38,963 nucleotides of DNA from Calditrichaceae bacterium. GTDB lineage: Bacteria > Calditrichota > Calditrichia > Calditrichales > JBFXGD01. The stretch lies in assembly GCA_050178385.1 (NCBI GenBank), contig JBFXGD010000017.1, positions 1 through 38,963 on the forward strand. The letters are read 5' to 3'. This document shows, piece after piece, positions 28,434-38,628 of this stretch (position 1 is its first letter; each line of letters opens with the position of its first letter). A program made the position numbers and the translations under genes. The notes beneath the pieces are model-generated. The model saw only the letters and a program-made list of their open reading frames with translations, had not been told where the DNA came from and searched no databases.

Positions 28434-28463
28434 AGCGGCTATTCTGAAATAGCCGCTTTTTTT
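28434..28463 (+). terminator. Rho-independent terminator of fbaB
   Basis: AGCGGCTATT-CTGA-AATAGCCGCT followed by TTTTTT. Confidence 0.85.
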
Positions 28464-29728
28464 ATTGTTGAAACCGGCAAAAAACTCTCTGAATTCACTT
28501 TTTCCGCGTCAAGTATAAATTCGATTCTCTCAAATTTTCCATCTATCATAAGATTCGGCAAGATGCCAAGGATTTTACAAATTAAAGGATAAATATCAAC
28601 ATTCATTAACGTACCGGTGCGATAGTTGTTCTTGAAAGCGGGCCCTGTAGCAATAAATATCCCGTGCATATCCAGAACCGTATTATCAAATCCGTGATTT
28701 CCTTTTGAATAACTTCCGTTACCATTTTTTGCCTTTGTTGTTTGAAACGTGAATCCCTGCTCGGCGATCGCTATAATATCTCCTATGAATGGATGGCTTT
28801 TATAATGCAAATAATCCGGCACACCCTGCTTAAGATAAACCTTGTATCCCTTTTCATTTTTTTTCAGACGTTCAAAAATTACTTTCCGAACTGCTTTATC
28901 CCCCGTAAAAACAGACAATAATGTTCCCGAAACATCCCATTTAACCTTATCATAACTTTTTACAAAATCGATCATTATGTTTTTATCCGGGTACACATTC
29001 GTCATTCCATGATCAGAAAGGATGATAAGATTGACTTTATCGGACATATTTATATCTTTTAGTTTTTTCCGCAGCAAACCTATTTTGCTGTCAAGCAGAA
29101 CAACTGCCTTATTCAGTTTTTCCGAATCCGGACCGTAGCGGTGTCCTTCAGTATCCGTATCACTAAAATACAGGAATATCAGATGCGGACGCTCCTTTTC
29201 GGGCAATTTCAGCCAGTTTATCACCCCTTCGATTCTCTCATCATGAGAGACGGAACCGTCGTATGACATAAAATAGGTCGGATGTTTATAATCAAGCTCC
29301 GTTTCTGACCCGGGCCAGAAAAAACTTGCCGATTTTATTCCCTGCTTTTGTGCGGTTGCCCATATTGTTTCCCCATTATACCATCTGTCATCTTGTACGG
29401 CGCTTTTGTCTCCCAGAGCATAAACATCATCCTTAAACGGGTTTGTGAATTTGTTGCTGATGATGCCATGATTCTCAGGATATAATCCTGTTACAATCGT
29501 ATAGTGGTTCGGAAACGTCTTTGTAGGGAATGACGGCTGGAGGGACAGCGCTTTTATACCGTTTTCTGCTATATTTTTAAGATTTGGCGTAATTCCCCTG
29601 TCAGGATAATCCCATCGGAAACCATCAAGCGAGACTACAATCACATAGGGTTTTTCCCGGGTCTCACCCGCGTAAAGAAAATTTATCGTAAATATGGCTA
29701 AAGAAAGGATGAGAAGGAAATTCTTCAT
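28439..29728 (-). CDS. Secreted nucleotide pyrophosphatase/phosphodiesterase (alkaline phosphatase superfamily)
   Basis: Signal peptide, SLDGFRWDY, catalytic Thr in FPTKTFPNHYTIVTGLYPE, DTEGH, SDHGM, GNHGFD. Confidence 0.93.
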   Translation of the reverse strand: MKNFLLILSLAIFTINFLYAGETREKPYVIVVSLDGFRWDYPDRGITPNLKNIAENGIKALSLQPSFPTKTFPNHYTIVTGLYPENHGIISNKFTNPFKDDVYALGDKSAVQDDRWYNGETIWATAQKQGIKSASFFWPGSETELDYKHPTYFMSYDGSVSHDERIEGVINWLKLPEKERPHLIFLYFSDTDTEGHRYGPDSEKLNKAVVLLDSKIGLLRKKLKDINMSDKVNLIILSDHGMTNVYPDKNIMIDFVKSYDKVKWDVSGTLLSVFTGDKAVRKVIFERLKKNEKGYKVYLKQGVPDYLHYKSHPFIGDIIAIAEQGFTFQTTKAKNGNGSYSKGNHGFDNTVLDMHGIFIATGPAFKNNYRTGTLMNVDIYPLICKILGILPNLMIDGKFERIEFILDAEKVNSESFLPVSTIKKAAISE

Positions 29729-29770
29729 AACTGTATCCTGTTATTAAAGAAAAATACAAAAATACTATTG

Positions 29771-31036
29771 TCAATTATTTGAAAACATTTGACTTATCTT
29801 CTTAAACCGGTAGCCGCGCTCTTCGAGTTGCCTAATCAATTCCGGTAATATCAGATAGGGAAAATCATCTTTTCTCTCGCTCCCCAGATGCATCAAAATA
29901 ATTTTTCCGCTCAGGCCGGATTGTTCTTCATATTCAATAAAGTGCTTTAATATTTCACCATTTGTCCGATACAAAGAAGATTCCGAATCGGCGACCCAAT
30001 CTCTGGAATCACAATTGCCTGACCATCCGATATGCTTAAAACCAATCTCCGCGGCCCACTCGGCAACCTGATCATTAATTTCCCCAAAGGGGGCTCTCCA
30101 GAAAGGCGCAATCTGATGATTTGTGACTTTGCGAAATAAACTGTCCACCGAAAGAAGCTGATGTTGAACAAATACCCTGGTTACTCCATTTCTGGTATGA
30201 TTTGATTGATCAATCTCAAGCATTGTCAGATGCGGGTGTGTCATTGAATGGTTTCCGATTTCATGACCGTCTTCAATCATTGCCCTTACAAGATCTGGAT
30301 ATCTACGGATAAAATTTCCGGTCAGAAAAATTGTACACCGGACATTCGCATTCTTAAGAGCGGTAAGAATTTCCGCGGTGCCTGAATTAATAGAGCCTCC
30401 GTCAAATGTCAGTGCGATATTTTTAGCGCTGCCGTGGAAATCATATACAGGCCTTTTAAGAAAATTCAACCGGGGTGAATTGAAAATAACTGTAAACGAA
30501 TCGATAAGAACACCCTTTCCCTGATCCGTCAAAGCCCAGACGGCGAAACGATTGAAACCGTCGTTTAAGTACTGTTTACCAAACGCGATTGCGGATGTGT
30601 CGTTCTGAATTCGGCTTTCGACAAATTTACCGTCCCGCCATAATCCTATCATACTCCCCGCGCCGCCGTTAATTTGGATCTGATATGTATTGTTCATGCC
30701 ATAACGGAGAGTATCCAGTTTCCAGATGCTCTCGGCAACCGGTGTATATTTTTTCAGATGAGAATCATCCCGAGAGTCAGAAATTTTGGAATTCAGATAA
30801 AAAATTGTAAAAAGATTTAAAAAAGCGAGCAGTAAAAACAGTATTAAAGAATCACGCGGAATAGTTAGTTTTGATTTTAATTTTACTAATTTCCATTTAT
30901 AATAACATTTTCGGCTGCAAAAAAGATGATTTTCAAAATGATTCTGGCATTCCGGACAAATTGCTTCCGCGCAGTAATAACATTTCCTTGCGGTTAATAC
31001 AGCCGGATGATTTTTACAGGCGGTTTTTTTGACCAT
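29771..31036 (-). CDS. Membrane-anchored polysaccharide deacetylase (CE4/NodB) with N-terminal Cys-rich Zn-finger
   Basis: CKNHP..CYYC..ICPEC..CSRKC, TM, beta-rich linker, then LTFDGG, HEIGNHSMTHP, RAPFG, DSRDW, ILMHLG. Confidence 0.85.
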   Translation of the reverse strand: MVKKTACKNHPAVLTARKCYYCAEAICPECQNHFENHLFCSRKCYYKWKLVKLKSKLTIPRDSLILFLLLAFLNLFTIFYLNSKISDSRDDSHLKKYTPVAESIWKLDTLRYGMNNTYQIQINGGAGSMIGLWRDGKFVESRIQNDTSAIAFGKQYLNDGFNRFAVWALTDQGKGVLIDSFTVIFNSPRLNFLKRPVYDFHGSAKNIALTFDGGSINSGTAEILTALKNANVRCTIFLTGNFIRRYPDLVRAMIEDGHEIGNHSMTHPHLTMLEIDQSNHTRNGVTRVFVQHQLLSVDSLFRKVTNHQIAPFWRAPFGEINDQVAEWAAEIGFKHIGWSGNCDSRDWVADSESSLYRTNGEILKHFIEYEEQSGLSGKIILMHLGSERKDDFPYLILPELIRQLEERGYRFKKISQMFSNN

Positions 31037-31114
31037 AATTGAACCGGGTTAGGTTTAAAATAAAAATACCGGACACCGTTTTAAATTAATGCATCCGGCA
31101 AGTGTGGCAACAGA

Positions 31115-32122
31115 TCATCGTTCAGTGTACTGCTTTTCGTAAAACTTCTTATAGTCTTCCTGCTTTTCCTTGATCATTCTCCACCATTTTTCATTATTCA
31201 CATACCATTCGACGGTCTTCTTTAATCCGTCTCCAAGTTCTGTTTCCGGTTTCCAGCCAAGTGATTTTATTTTACTGATATCCACCGAATATCTCCGGTC
31301 ATGACCGGGACGGTCCTTGACATATTTTATCAATGATTGCGGTTTACCTAGTCTGTTAAGAATATAATCCGTTATGAATATATTTTCACGCTCGTTCCCG
31401 CCGCCGATATTATATATTTCTCCCAGTTCACCCTTATGAAAGACTGTATCAATTCCCGAGCAATTATCGTCCACATAGAGCCAATCCCTGACATTTTTAC
31501 CATCTCCGTACAGGGGCAACTGCATTCCGTCGATGGCGTTTGTGACAAACAAAGGGATTAATTTTTCAGGATACTGGAAAGGTCCGTAATTATTTGAACT
31601 GCGCGTGATTAATACGGGAAGTCCATATGTGACAAAATATGATCTGACAAGAAGATCGCCGCCGGCTTTGCTCGACGAGTATGGGCTGTTCGGCATTAGC
31701 GGATCAGTTTCTTTAAAGGAACCGTTATCAATAGATCCGTAAACCTCATCTGTTGAGATATGCAGGAAGCGTTCAATTTTATGCTTTTTTGCGGCTTCTA
31801 ACAGTACAAAAGTTCCTTTGATATCCGTATCAATAAATTCTCCGGCTTCATGAATCGATCTGTCAACGTGAGTTTCGGCCGCAAAATTTACGACTGAATC
31901 CACATTGCTCATCAAATTATCAACTATCTTTTCATCACAGATATTACCATGATAAAAAAAGAATCTTGTATTGCTCTCAACATCAGACAAGTTCTCCCTG
32001 TTTCCCGCGTAGGTAAGGGCGTCCAGAACAATGATTCTGTAATCCGGATATTTATTCAGCATATACCTTACAAAATTTGAGCCTATAAAACCCGCGCCGC
32101 CTGTTACCAGAATAGACTTCAT
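31115..32122 (-). CDS. rfbB: dTDP-glucose 4,6-dehydratase
   Basis: TGGAGFIGSN, DALTYAGN, FAAETHVDRSI, STDEVYG, SPYSSSKA, QYPEKLIP, DRPGHDRRY. Confidence 0.96.
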   Translation of the reverse strand: MKSILVTGGAGFIGSNFVRYMLNKYPDYRIIVLDALTYAGNRENLSDVESNTRFFFYHGNICDEKIVDNLMSNVDSVVNFAAETHVDRSIHEAGEFIDTDIKGTFVLLEAAKKHKIERFLHISTDEVYGSIDNGSFKETDPLMPNSPYSSSKAGGDLLVRSYFVTYGLPVLITRSSNNYGPFQYPEKLIPLFVTNAIDGMQLPLYGDGKNVRDWLYVDDNCSGIDTVFHKGELGEIYNIGGGNERENIFITDYILNRLGKPQSLIKYVKDRPGHDRRYSVDISKIKSLGWKPETELGDGLKKTVEWYVNNEKWWRMIKEKQEDYKKFYEKQYTER

Positions 32123-32283
32123 ATTATCCCTTTCGATCGACTTTGAATTGAATATTTTTTTCTGTTATATTGAGTACGTATCATCAATCCTAATATAAAA
32201 TAAGCAATATTTCCATAAAATGGAAACAACGGACTGTACTTTTAAGTTGTTAATTAAAAGCGCCCGAAGTATTAGGTCAGACA

Positions 32284-35139
32284 ATGAAGATAATTGAAAA
32301 ATTTAATAAATTCAAAAAAAACGTTCTGATTGGCTTCGTAGTTACATTTTCCATTTTTCTTGACGTTTCTATTGTTTCCGCACAGGGATTTTATTACGGC
32401 CGAAACAAGGTTCAATATACCGATTTTAACTGGCAAGTCCTGAAAACCGCTCATTTTGACATCTACTATTATCCCGAGATGGAAGATATAGCCGAAAAAG
32501 GGGCCAGATTTGCCGAAGAAAGTTTTGCATTCCTGGAAACAAAATTTAATTACTCAATTACCAGAAGAATTCCACTCATTTTTTACAGCTCTCATCTGCA
32601 CTTCCAACAAACCAATATCACTCCCGGATTTATCCCCGAAGGAGTCGGAGGATTTTTTGAATTTTTAAAAGGAAGAGTGGTCATCCCCAGCAATGGCGAT
32701 TTGTATCAGTTCAGAAGAGTCATTCGCCACGAACTGGTTCATGTTTTTATGCACTCCAAAATATTCAATGTGATTTACGGGCACGGAAAAGGTGACGGAG
32801 CATATCCCCCTTTATGGTTTACAGAAGGTCTTGCCGAACTTTGGTCCGGTGAGTGGGACGCGCAAGGTGAAATGGTCGTTAAAGATGCCGTCCTGAACAA
32901 TTACGCGGTTGGACTGGAACAAATGTACCAGATCCAGGGCACATACTCCATGTATAAATTCGGACAGAATATTCTTGGCTATGTCGCCGATAATTTCGGC
33001 GAAGATAAAATCCTTCTGATGATGGAAAACGCCTGGAAGTATGATTATTTTGAACTCAGCTTCACAGACGCGACAGGATTGAATTATAAGCAATTTGACA
33101 GGGAATATCTTTATCACCTGAAAAAAGAATATTATCCAATGCTCGGTGATGATGATTTCTCGGATCAGGTCACCGAAACCATTGTAAGAGACGGTTATAA
33201 TTTTAAACCCGCCTATTACCATGACGGGCAAAAAGAGTATGTTGTTTTTGTAGCCAATCGGACGGGCTATTCCAGTATTTACCGTAAATTATTAAAACCC
33301 GTTGATCCCGACGACAAAGATGAAGTCGAGCTTTTAGTCAAGGGAGAAACAAGTTCGGACTTTGAGGCCTTTCATATCTTCTACTCAAAAATTGATGTTA
33401 ACGACAAAGGGTTGTTGACCTTTACATCCAAGAGCGGTGAATCCGACGCATTATATGTATTCGACATAAATAGAAAAGAGATCATCTCCAAACATTACTT
33501 TAAGGGTCTTGTGGCGATACTTTCCCCTTCCTGGTCTCCGGACGGCAAGGAAATCGTGTTCAGCGGATTGGATAAGTCCGGATATAAAGATCTTTATTTG
33601 TTCAAACTGGATGACACTGAGTTACTAAGACTTACAAACGATTTTTATGATGATACCGATCCATCCTGGTCACCCGACGGCAACTTTGTAGCGTTCTCAT
33701 CTGACCGGACCAATTTTGGAAAACATGGCGCGAAAAATATATTCGTACTAAACAAAAATTCAGGTGAAATATTTTATATCACCGCCGGTCTTCAAAAAGA
33801 CCAGTCTCCCGTCTTTTCCCCGGATGGGCAGTATCTTGCATATACATCGGATGTTGCCGGTTCGTACAATATTTATCTGGTCAGAGAGCCTCTTATGAGC
33901 CTGTCGCAATCTGAGCCCATACAGTTATTCAAAATGACATCCTTCATTGGAGCGACATTTGACCCTGAATGGACAAACAAAGGCGATTTATTGTTCGGCA
34001 CATTCGAAAACCGCCGGTTTCAGATCAGACTCGACAGAAATTTCATCAGTCATTTTGCGGACGCGGTAGAATATAACCGGAATCTATCTGTCAATTTCAA
34101 TGATTTCTGGACCTATCAGAACATCGAACAATCTCAGGTTGAATCCAGAAATCATTATATTAAAAAATTCGATTTAGATATTGCGCAGACTCAGGTCTCG
34201 CAGGATCCGATTTTTGGAACAACCGGCGGCGCTCAGCTTGCAATCACAGATGTACTTGGAAATGATCAGTACTATATACTTCTTTATAATAACTCACGTA
34301 CAAATTCAGAATTTTTTAAGAGTTTTAATGCCGCGGTCAGCAAAGTTTCTCTTGGTCAGCGGGTAAATTATGCCGTTGGAGCATTCAGATTTGCCGGGCC
34401 ATATTACAATCCTGAAGATTCCTATTTTTATGAGGAACGTATCGGATCATATATTGCCCTCAGTTATCCCCTGTCCCAATTTTCGAGACTGGAATTTAAT
34501 CAAAGCTTTAGTTATTCGGATAAAGACTGGTATTTTGATAAAAGGCGGCAGGCCTGGCTGAACTCAAATTTCATTAGTTATGTTCATGATAATTCCATAT
34601 GGGGAGTAACAGGTCCCATTGACGGGAGACGATTTAATCTGACAATCGGAAACACATATGATTTTATTCATTCAAACGTAAACTACCTCACTATACTGGC
34701 TGATCTGAGATATTATCACCGGCTTGGTTTACGGAGCGCCTATGCTGTCAGGTTTCTGTCTTTGTTTAACGAAGGAACCGAAACGCGTCAGTTTTACCTT
34801 GGCGGCAGCTGGGATTTGAGAGGGTACCGACGCTGGTCCCTGCGCGGTGAACGGGTGCTGCTAATCAGCCAGGAATTACGTATTCCTTTTATCGATTTAA
34901 TCGGTATCAGAATGCCGTTCTTCTCGCTGGGTTTTAATTCAATCCGGGGAGCTGCATTCTTTGACATGGGAAACGCGTGGAATGACGAGTGGAATGGCCT
35001 TCTGGGCAGCTATGGCGTGGGAATACGGCTTCGTTTAGGTAACTTTATCGCGTTCCGGTGGGATTTCGGAAAAACCACAGATTTTCACTCCACGTCAAAA
35101 AACATATTCACTCAATTCTTCTTCGGGTGGGATTTTTAA
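32284..35139 (+). CDS. Omp85-family outer membrane protein with N-terminal zincin (peptidase MA-like) domain and TolB-like PD40 beta-propeller
   Basis: Signal peptide (VSA|Q), HELVH...WFTEGLAE, repeated PSWSPDG motifs, beta-barrel with GGSWDLRGY, AAFFDMGNAW and terminal FFFGWDF. Confidence 0.82.
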   Translation: MKIIEKFNKFKKNVLIGFVVTFSIFLDVSIVSAQGFYYGRNKVQYTDFNWQVLKTAHFDIYYYPEMEDIAEKGARFAEESFAFLETKFNYSITRRIPLIFYSSHLHFQQTNITPGFIPEGVGGFFEFLKGRVVIPSNGDLYQFRRVIRHELVHVFMHSKIFNVIYGHGKGDGAYPPLWFTEGLAELWSGEWDAQGEMVVKDAVLNNYAVGLEQMYQIQGTYSMYKFGQNILGYVADNFGEDKILLMMENAWKYDYFELSFTDATGLNYKQFDREYLYHLKKEYYPMLGDDDFSDQVTETIVRDGYNFKPAYYHDGQKEYVVFVANRTGYSSIYRKLLKPVDPDDKDEVELLVKGETSSDFEAFHIFYSKIDVNDKGLLTFTSKSGESDALYVFDINRKEIISKHYFKGLVAILSPSWSPDGKEIVFSGLDKSGYKDLYLFKLDDTELLRLTNDFYDDTDPSWSPDGNFVAFSSDRTNFGKHGAKNIFVLNKNSGEIFYITAGLQKDQSPVFSPDGQYLAYTSDVAGSYNIYLVREPLMSLSQSEPIQLFKMTSFIGATFDPEWTNKGDLLFGTFENRRFQIRLDRNFISHFADAVEYNRNLSVNFNDFWTYQNIEQSQVESRNHYIKKFDLDIAQTQVSQDPIFGTTGGAQLAITDVLGNDQYYILLYNNSRTNSEFFKSFNAAVSKVSLGQRVNYAVGAFRFAGPYYNPEDSYFYEERIGSYIALSYPLSQFSRLEFNQSFSYSDKDWYFDKRRQAWLNSNFISYVHDNSIWGVTGPIDGRRFNLTIGNTYDFIHSNVNYLTILADLRYYHRLGLRSAYAVRFLSLFNEGTETRQFYLGGSWDLRGYRRWSLRGERVLLISQELRIPFIDLIGIRMPFFSLGFNSIRGAAFFDMGNAWNDEWNGLLGSYGVGIRLRLGNFIAFRWDFGKTTDFHSTSKNIFTQFFFGWDF

Positions 35140-36293
35140 TGAAAAAAATTGATCATAAATTGGCAATAGCTACACTTATGACGATTGCCTTTTCGCTTAT
35201 TTTATCATGTTCAAAACCATTTTATGATAATAAACTGCCGTTGCGTCAGGATATCAACGGCAATTTCTATACGGGATTCATGCAGACGTCTATTGACACT
35301 CCGCTGGAGTTTTCCGGAGAGACATCCTTATCGGGGGAAACAACAGAGAAAATTGAACTTTTAGGTGAGAATCTCATATTTACGACGAAGAACGGTTTCG
35401 TTTATATCATGAACCCGGATGATTTATCCGAATCGGTTAAATTTCGTGTTTCACACGGAGTTTCAGGCTCGCCGGCGTCTCCTGATCACATATTATATTT
35501 AACATCAGAAATCGGTAAATTTGGAATTTTGGCCTATGATCTATACAAAAGATCTGTGATATGGAAAAATAAAAATCATTTTTCCGCTGGTACACCTATC
35601 CTTTCCGGAAACAAACTGTATTACGGCACACTAGAAGGACTGATTCTTTGCCTGGATGCCCGCAACGGAAAGAAAATTTGGGAGAAACAAATACCTGACA
35701 GAATAAACACAAATTTAGCGTTCTCGAGCCGCGGACTCATAACTGCGGGCAGAGATGGGATTGTCACAAATCTTGATCCTGAACACGGGGTTATTAACTG
35801 GTCAATAAACATCGGTGAAGCCATTCAAACCGCCCCCGTCATCAAAAATGATCAGTTAATTGTCTCAACCTACCCGGGAAATCAGTATATCATTAAAATG
35901 GATGACGGATCGATTCAGCATAAAAATGAATTTCACATACCGGTGTATGTTTCGCCGTCTGTTGATGATGACAGAATTTATTCCGCTCTTAGCGACGGCC
36001 GTTTGGTTGTTCTCGGTCTGCCCGGTGGCAATGTTATTTGGGAGAGTAAACTGGAAGGTCCTCCTTCAGCTTCCCCGCTGATCACACTAGATATGGTTAT
36101 CGTCGGAACCGCCAGAAATAAACTCTACCTGTTGGATAAATTCTCCGGGGAGATTTTACAGCGTCTGGATCTCAAACATCGCCCGTCATCCGCGCCGATT
36201 ATTTATAAAAATCAATTGTTCATCGGATTAGAAAAAAGAAAATTAGCTGTATTTAAACCGGTAAAGGATAATATAAATGTCTCCGCACAATAA
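35139..36293 (+). CDS. BamB-like PQQ-repeat beta-propeller lipoprotein
   Basis: ATG at 35139 overlaps the upstream TAA. Lipobox LILS|C and repeats such as LYYGTLEGLILCLDARNGKKIWE. Confidence 0.82.
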   Translation: MKKIDHKLAIATLMTIAFSLILSCSKPFYDNKLPLRQDINGNFYTGFMQTSIDTPLEFSGETSLSGETTEKIELLGENLIFTTKNGFVYIMNPDDLSESVKFRVSHGVSGSPASPDHILYLTSEIGKFGILAYDLYKRSVIWKNKNHFSAGTPILSGNKLYYGTLEGLILCLDARNGKKIWEKQIPDRINTNLAFSSRGLITAGRDGIVTNLDPEHGVINWSINIGEAIQTAPVIKNDQLIVSTYPGNQYIIKMDDGSIQHKNEFHIPVYVSPSVDDDRIYSALSDGRLVVLGLPGGNVIWESKLEGPPSASPLITLDMVIVGTARNKLYLLDKFSGEILQRLDLKHRPSSAPIIYKNQLFIGLEKRKLAVFKPVKDNINVSAQ

Positions 36294-37080
36294 TGGGATT
36301 TTGATTATCTTTTATTCAATAATTCTGATATTATTCAACAACCTGTCTCTGACAGCGCAGGAAAATCATGAGTATGGCTGTCTGATTATACAGACTGATG
36401 ATGTATGGAAAATCAGTATTGATGATTCAATAAATCTGGAAAGCCCTATTACCGGTTATCCAATGCCGGCAGGTACCCACAATCTCCGGGCAAAACGCCT
36501 GAATGAAAAGAACTGGACCGGATTAACGGTGCATAAAGAATTCCGCATCATGGCTTTGGATACCTTGATAATCTCACTTGAACCGCAGGCGTACCGGCTG
36601 CTGCAGTCGATACCGGGTGACGCGGGGATTTTCGCGATAAATGACAGTTTAATTGGCAAAACGCCGCTTTATATGAATGAAAACATTATTTTTAAAAAAA
36701 TATACCTGCAAAAAAAGGGGTATTTTAGGAGTGACATAGATCTAGCATCTGTCGATGATTGGCCGGTCGTTGTCCGTCTTACCCCGGAAAAATCCAGTGA
36801 TCAAAGCCTCGTAACGATAAGTCGGATGAAGAATCCAAACGGTATCAAAAGGCTGATCAAACCGGGACTCGTCATCACCGCCATCACTTCCAACTGGCTT
36901 TCATTTTATCTTAAAAGAATGGCTGATGATCATTATGACAGCTACCGGAATACTTCCAATCTTTCTGATATGAGGCGAAACTATAATAAAGCAAAAGATT
37001 TTGATAATTATTCTTCTATCGCGCTAGGAGTATCCGCCGCGGCATTGTCCACGTATCTTTATCTTCTGATATTTGATTAA
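36277..37080 (+). CDS. PEGA-domain exported/membrane protein
   Basis: Signal-like N-terminus, PEGA-like SIPGDAGIF..IGKTPL..LQKKGY, C-terminal hydrophobic helical hairpin. Confidence 0.65.
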   Translation: MSPHNNGILIIFYSIILILFNNLSLTAQENHEYGCLIIQTDDVWKISIDDSINLESPITGYPMPAGTHNLRAKRLNEKNWTGLTVHKEFRIMALDTLIISLEPQAYRLLQSIPGDAGIFAINDSLIGKTPLYMNENIIFKKIYLQKKGYFRSDIDLASVDDWPVVVRLTPEKSSDQSLVTISRMKNPNGIKRLIKPGLVITAITSNWLSFYLKRMADDHYDSYRNTSNLSDMRRNYNKAKDFDNYSSIALGVSAAALSTYLYLLIFD

Positions 37081-38051
37081 TAATCCAATAAAAAAAGTTG
37101 CGGTAATTTCTGAAGAGCATCGAATAAATTTGGTGGCAGGTTTGATTCAAAGTGCATGGGTTCATTCGTTGAAGGATGCAAAAAATTCAGTTCTTTCGCG
37201 TGTAAAAACTGAGAAGATACCAGTTTCAATAAATGAACGCCTCTTTTTCTCAAATTTGACGGAAGATGTTTTAATTGAGAATCACGTCCGTGATAATCCG
37301 GATCACCGACTATCGGATGATGCAAATAATTCATGTGCACCCTTATCTGATGAGTGCGTCCGGTTTCGAGTTTTAGTTCAAGTAAAGAAAAATATTCAAA
37401 TTCTTTCAGCACCTTATAATGGGTGATAGCTTCGCGTCCTGACGCAGTTACCGTCATTTTTGTCGGATCTTTTTTACTGCGGTCGATGAAAGTTTTAACC
37501 GATCCTTCTTTTTCATCGAACTTACCCCAAACCAGCGCCCAATAGATTCTCGAAATGGTTTTATTGTCAAATTGCATCCTCAGCGCGCGATGCGTTTTAT
37601 CGTTTTTCGCGATGACCAGAAGACCCGATGTGTTTTTATCCAGACGATGCACAATTCCCGGCCGGTCGCTCTTACCGGACAGGGCAAGGTTGGCTGAATG
37701 ATGAATTAACGCGTTCACAAGAGTATCACCGGCAGTGCCTTTACCAGGATGCACCGTCATTCCGGCAGGTTTATTAATAACAATGATGTCATTGTCTTCA
37801 AAGATGATTTCCAGAGGTATATCAGCCGGTGAGAGATCCGTACTTTCTTCGTGAAATTCAATGCTTATATGATCATTTTCCGAAAGTATATAACCGCTTT
37901 TAACCGTTTGACCATTTACCTTTACAAATCCGCCCTTGATAAGTTTTGACAGATGAGATCTTGATTCATCAATAAATTTTTCCGTAAGAAAATGATCAAG
38001 ACGTTTTCCGGAAAAATGAGATTCGATTTTCAGTTCTTTAAATTTAACCAT
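37077..38051 (-). CDS. rluD: RluA/RluD family 23S rRNA pseudouridine synthase
   Basis: S4 domain RLDHFL, INKPAGMTVHPG, RPGIVHRLDKNTSGL, LETGRTHQIRVH, LHA. Confidence 0.92.
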   Translation of the reverse strand: MVKFKELKIESHFSGKRLDHFLTEKFIDESRSHLSKLIKGGFVKVNGQTVKSGYILSENDHISIEFHEESTDLSPADIPLEIIFEDNDIIVINKPAGMTVHPGKGTAGDTLVNALIHHSANLALSGKSDRPGIVHRLDKNTSGLLVIAKNDKTHRALRMQFDNKTISRIYWALVWGKFDEKEGSVKTFIDRSKKDPTKMTVTASGREAITHYKVLKEFEYFSLLELKLETGRTHQIRVHMNYLHHPIVGDPDYHGRDSQLKHLPSNLRKRGVHLLKLVSSQFLHAKELNFLHPSTNEPMHFESNLPPNLFDALQKLPQLFLLDY

Positions 38052-38619
38052 TTGAAGATTCAGAAATAGTTTTCTGATAAACTGTAACGGGATTTGGCAA
38101 AAACAGCATATAAACCAGGAGAAGAATCATTCCGCCCGTCACCGCCATATCCGCGACATTAAAAACGGGCCAGCGCTCCATTCCATAACCATGAAACTGA
38201 AACTTAAACAAAGAAAATGGAGGAATATTAATATCAAAAAATTCGAAGTCCATAAAATCGATTACTCTGCCGTAAATCACGCGGTCAACAAGATTACCTA
38301 TGGCACCCGCAGATATAAAAGAAAGTGACAACTGCACGGGCCACCCTTCATTCCTGAAACGGTAAAGATAATAGAAGACGAGACCGGCCGCAAAGAACGA
38401 AAGCCCCATAAAAACAACCGGATTGCCTATTCGGACTCCAAACGCGATTCCCGGATTTTCAACATAGGTAAATCGAAAAAAATTACCGATAACCGGTATG
38501 GATTCGCCCAAATACATTGATGTCTTTGTAATAAGTTTTGTGACCTGATCGAGTATAACAATACTTGCGATGGTAAGAGCCATGAAAGTCAGTGAAATTT
38601 TTTTATACATTTTTTCCAA
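38044..38619 (-). CDS. lspA: Lipoprotein signal peptidase II
   Basis: LDQVTK, ENPGIAFG, GAIGNLVDR, VIDF, WPVFNVAD. Confidence 0.95.
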   Translation of the reverse strand: MEKMYKKISLTFMALTIASIVILDQVTKLITKTSMYLGESIPVIGNFFRFTYVENPGIAFGVRIGNPVVFMGLSFFAAGLVFYYLYRFRNEGWPVQLSLSFISAGAIGNLVDRVIYGRVIDFMDFEFFDINIPPFSLFKFQFHGYGMERWPVFNVADMAVTGGMILLLVYMLFLPNPVTVYQKTISESSNG

Positions 38620-38628
38620 TTAGCTTTC

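Noticed and set aside
35058..35138. Upstream GTG start of the BamB-like ORF
   Set aside because: The lipoprotein signal begins at ATG 35139, coupled to the upstream stop.
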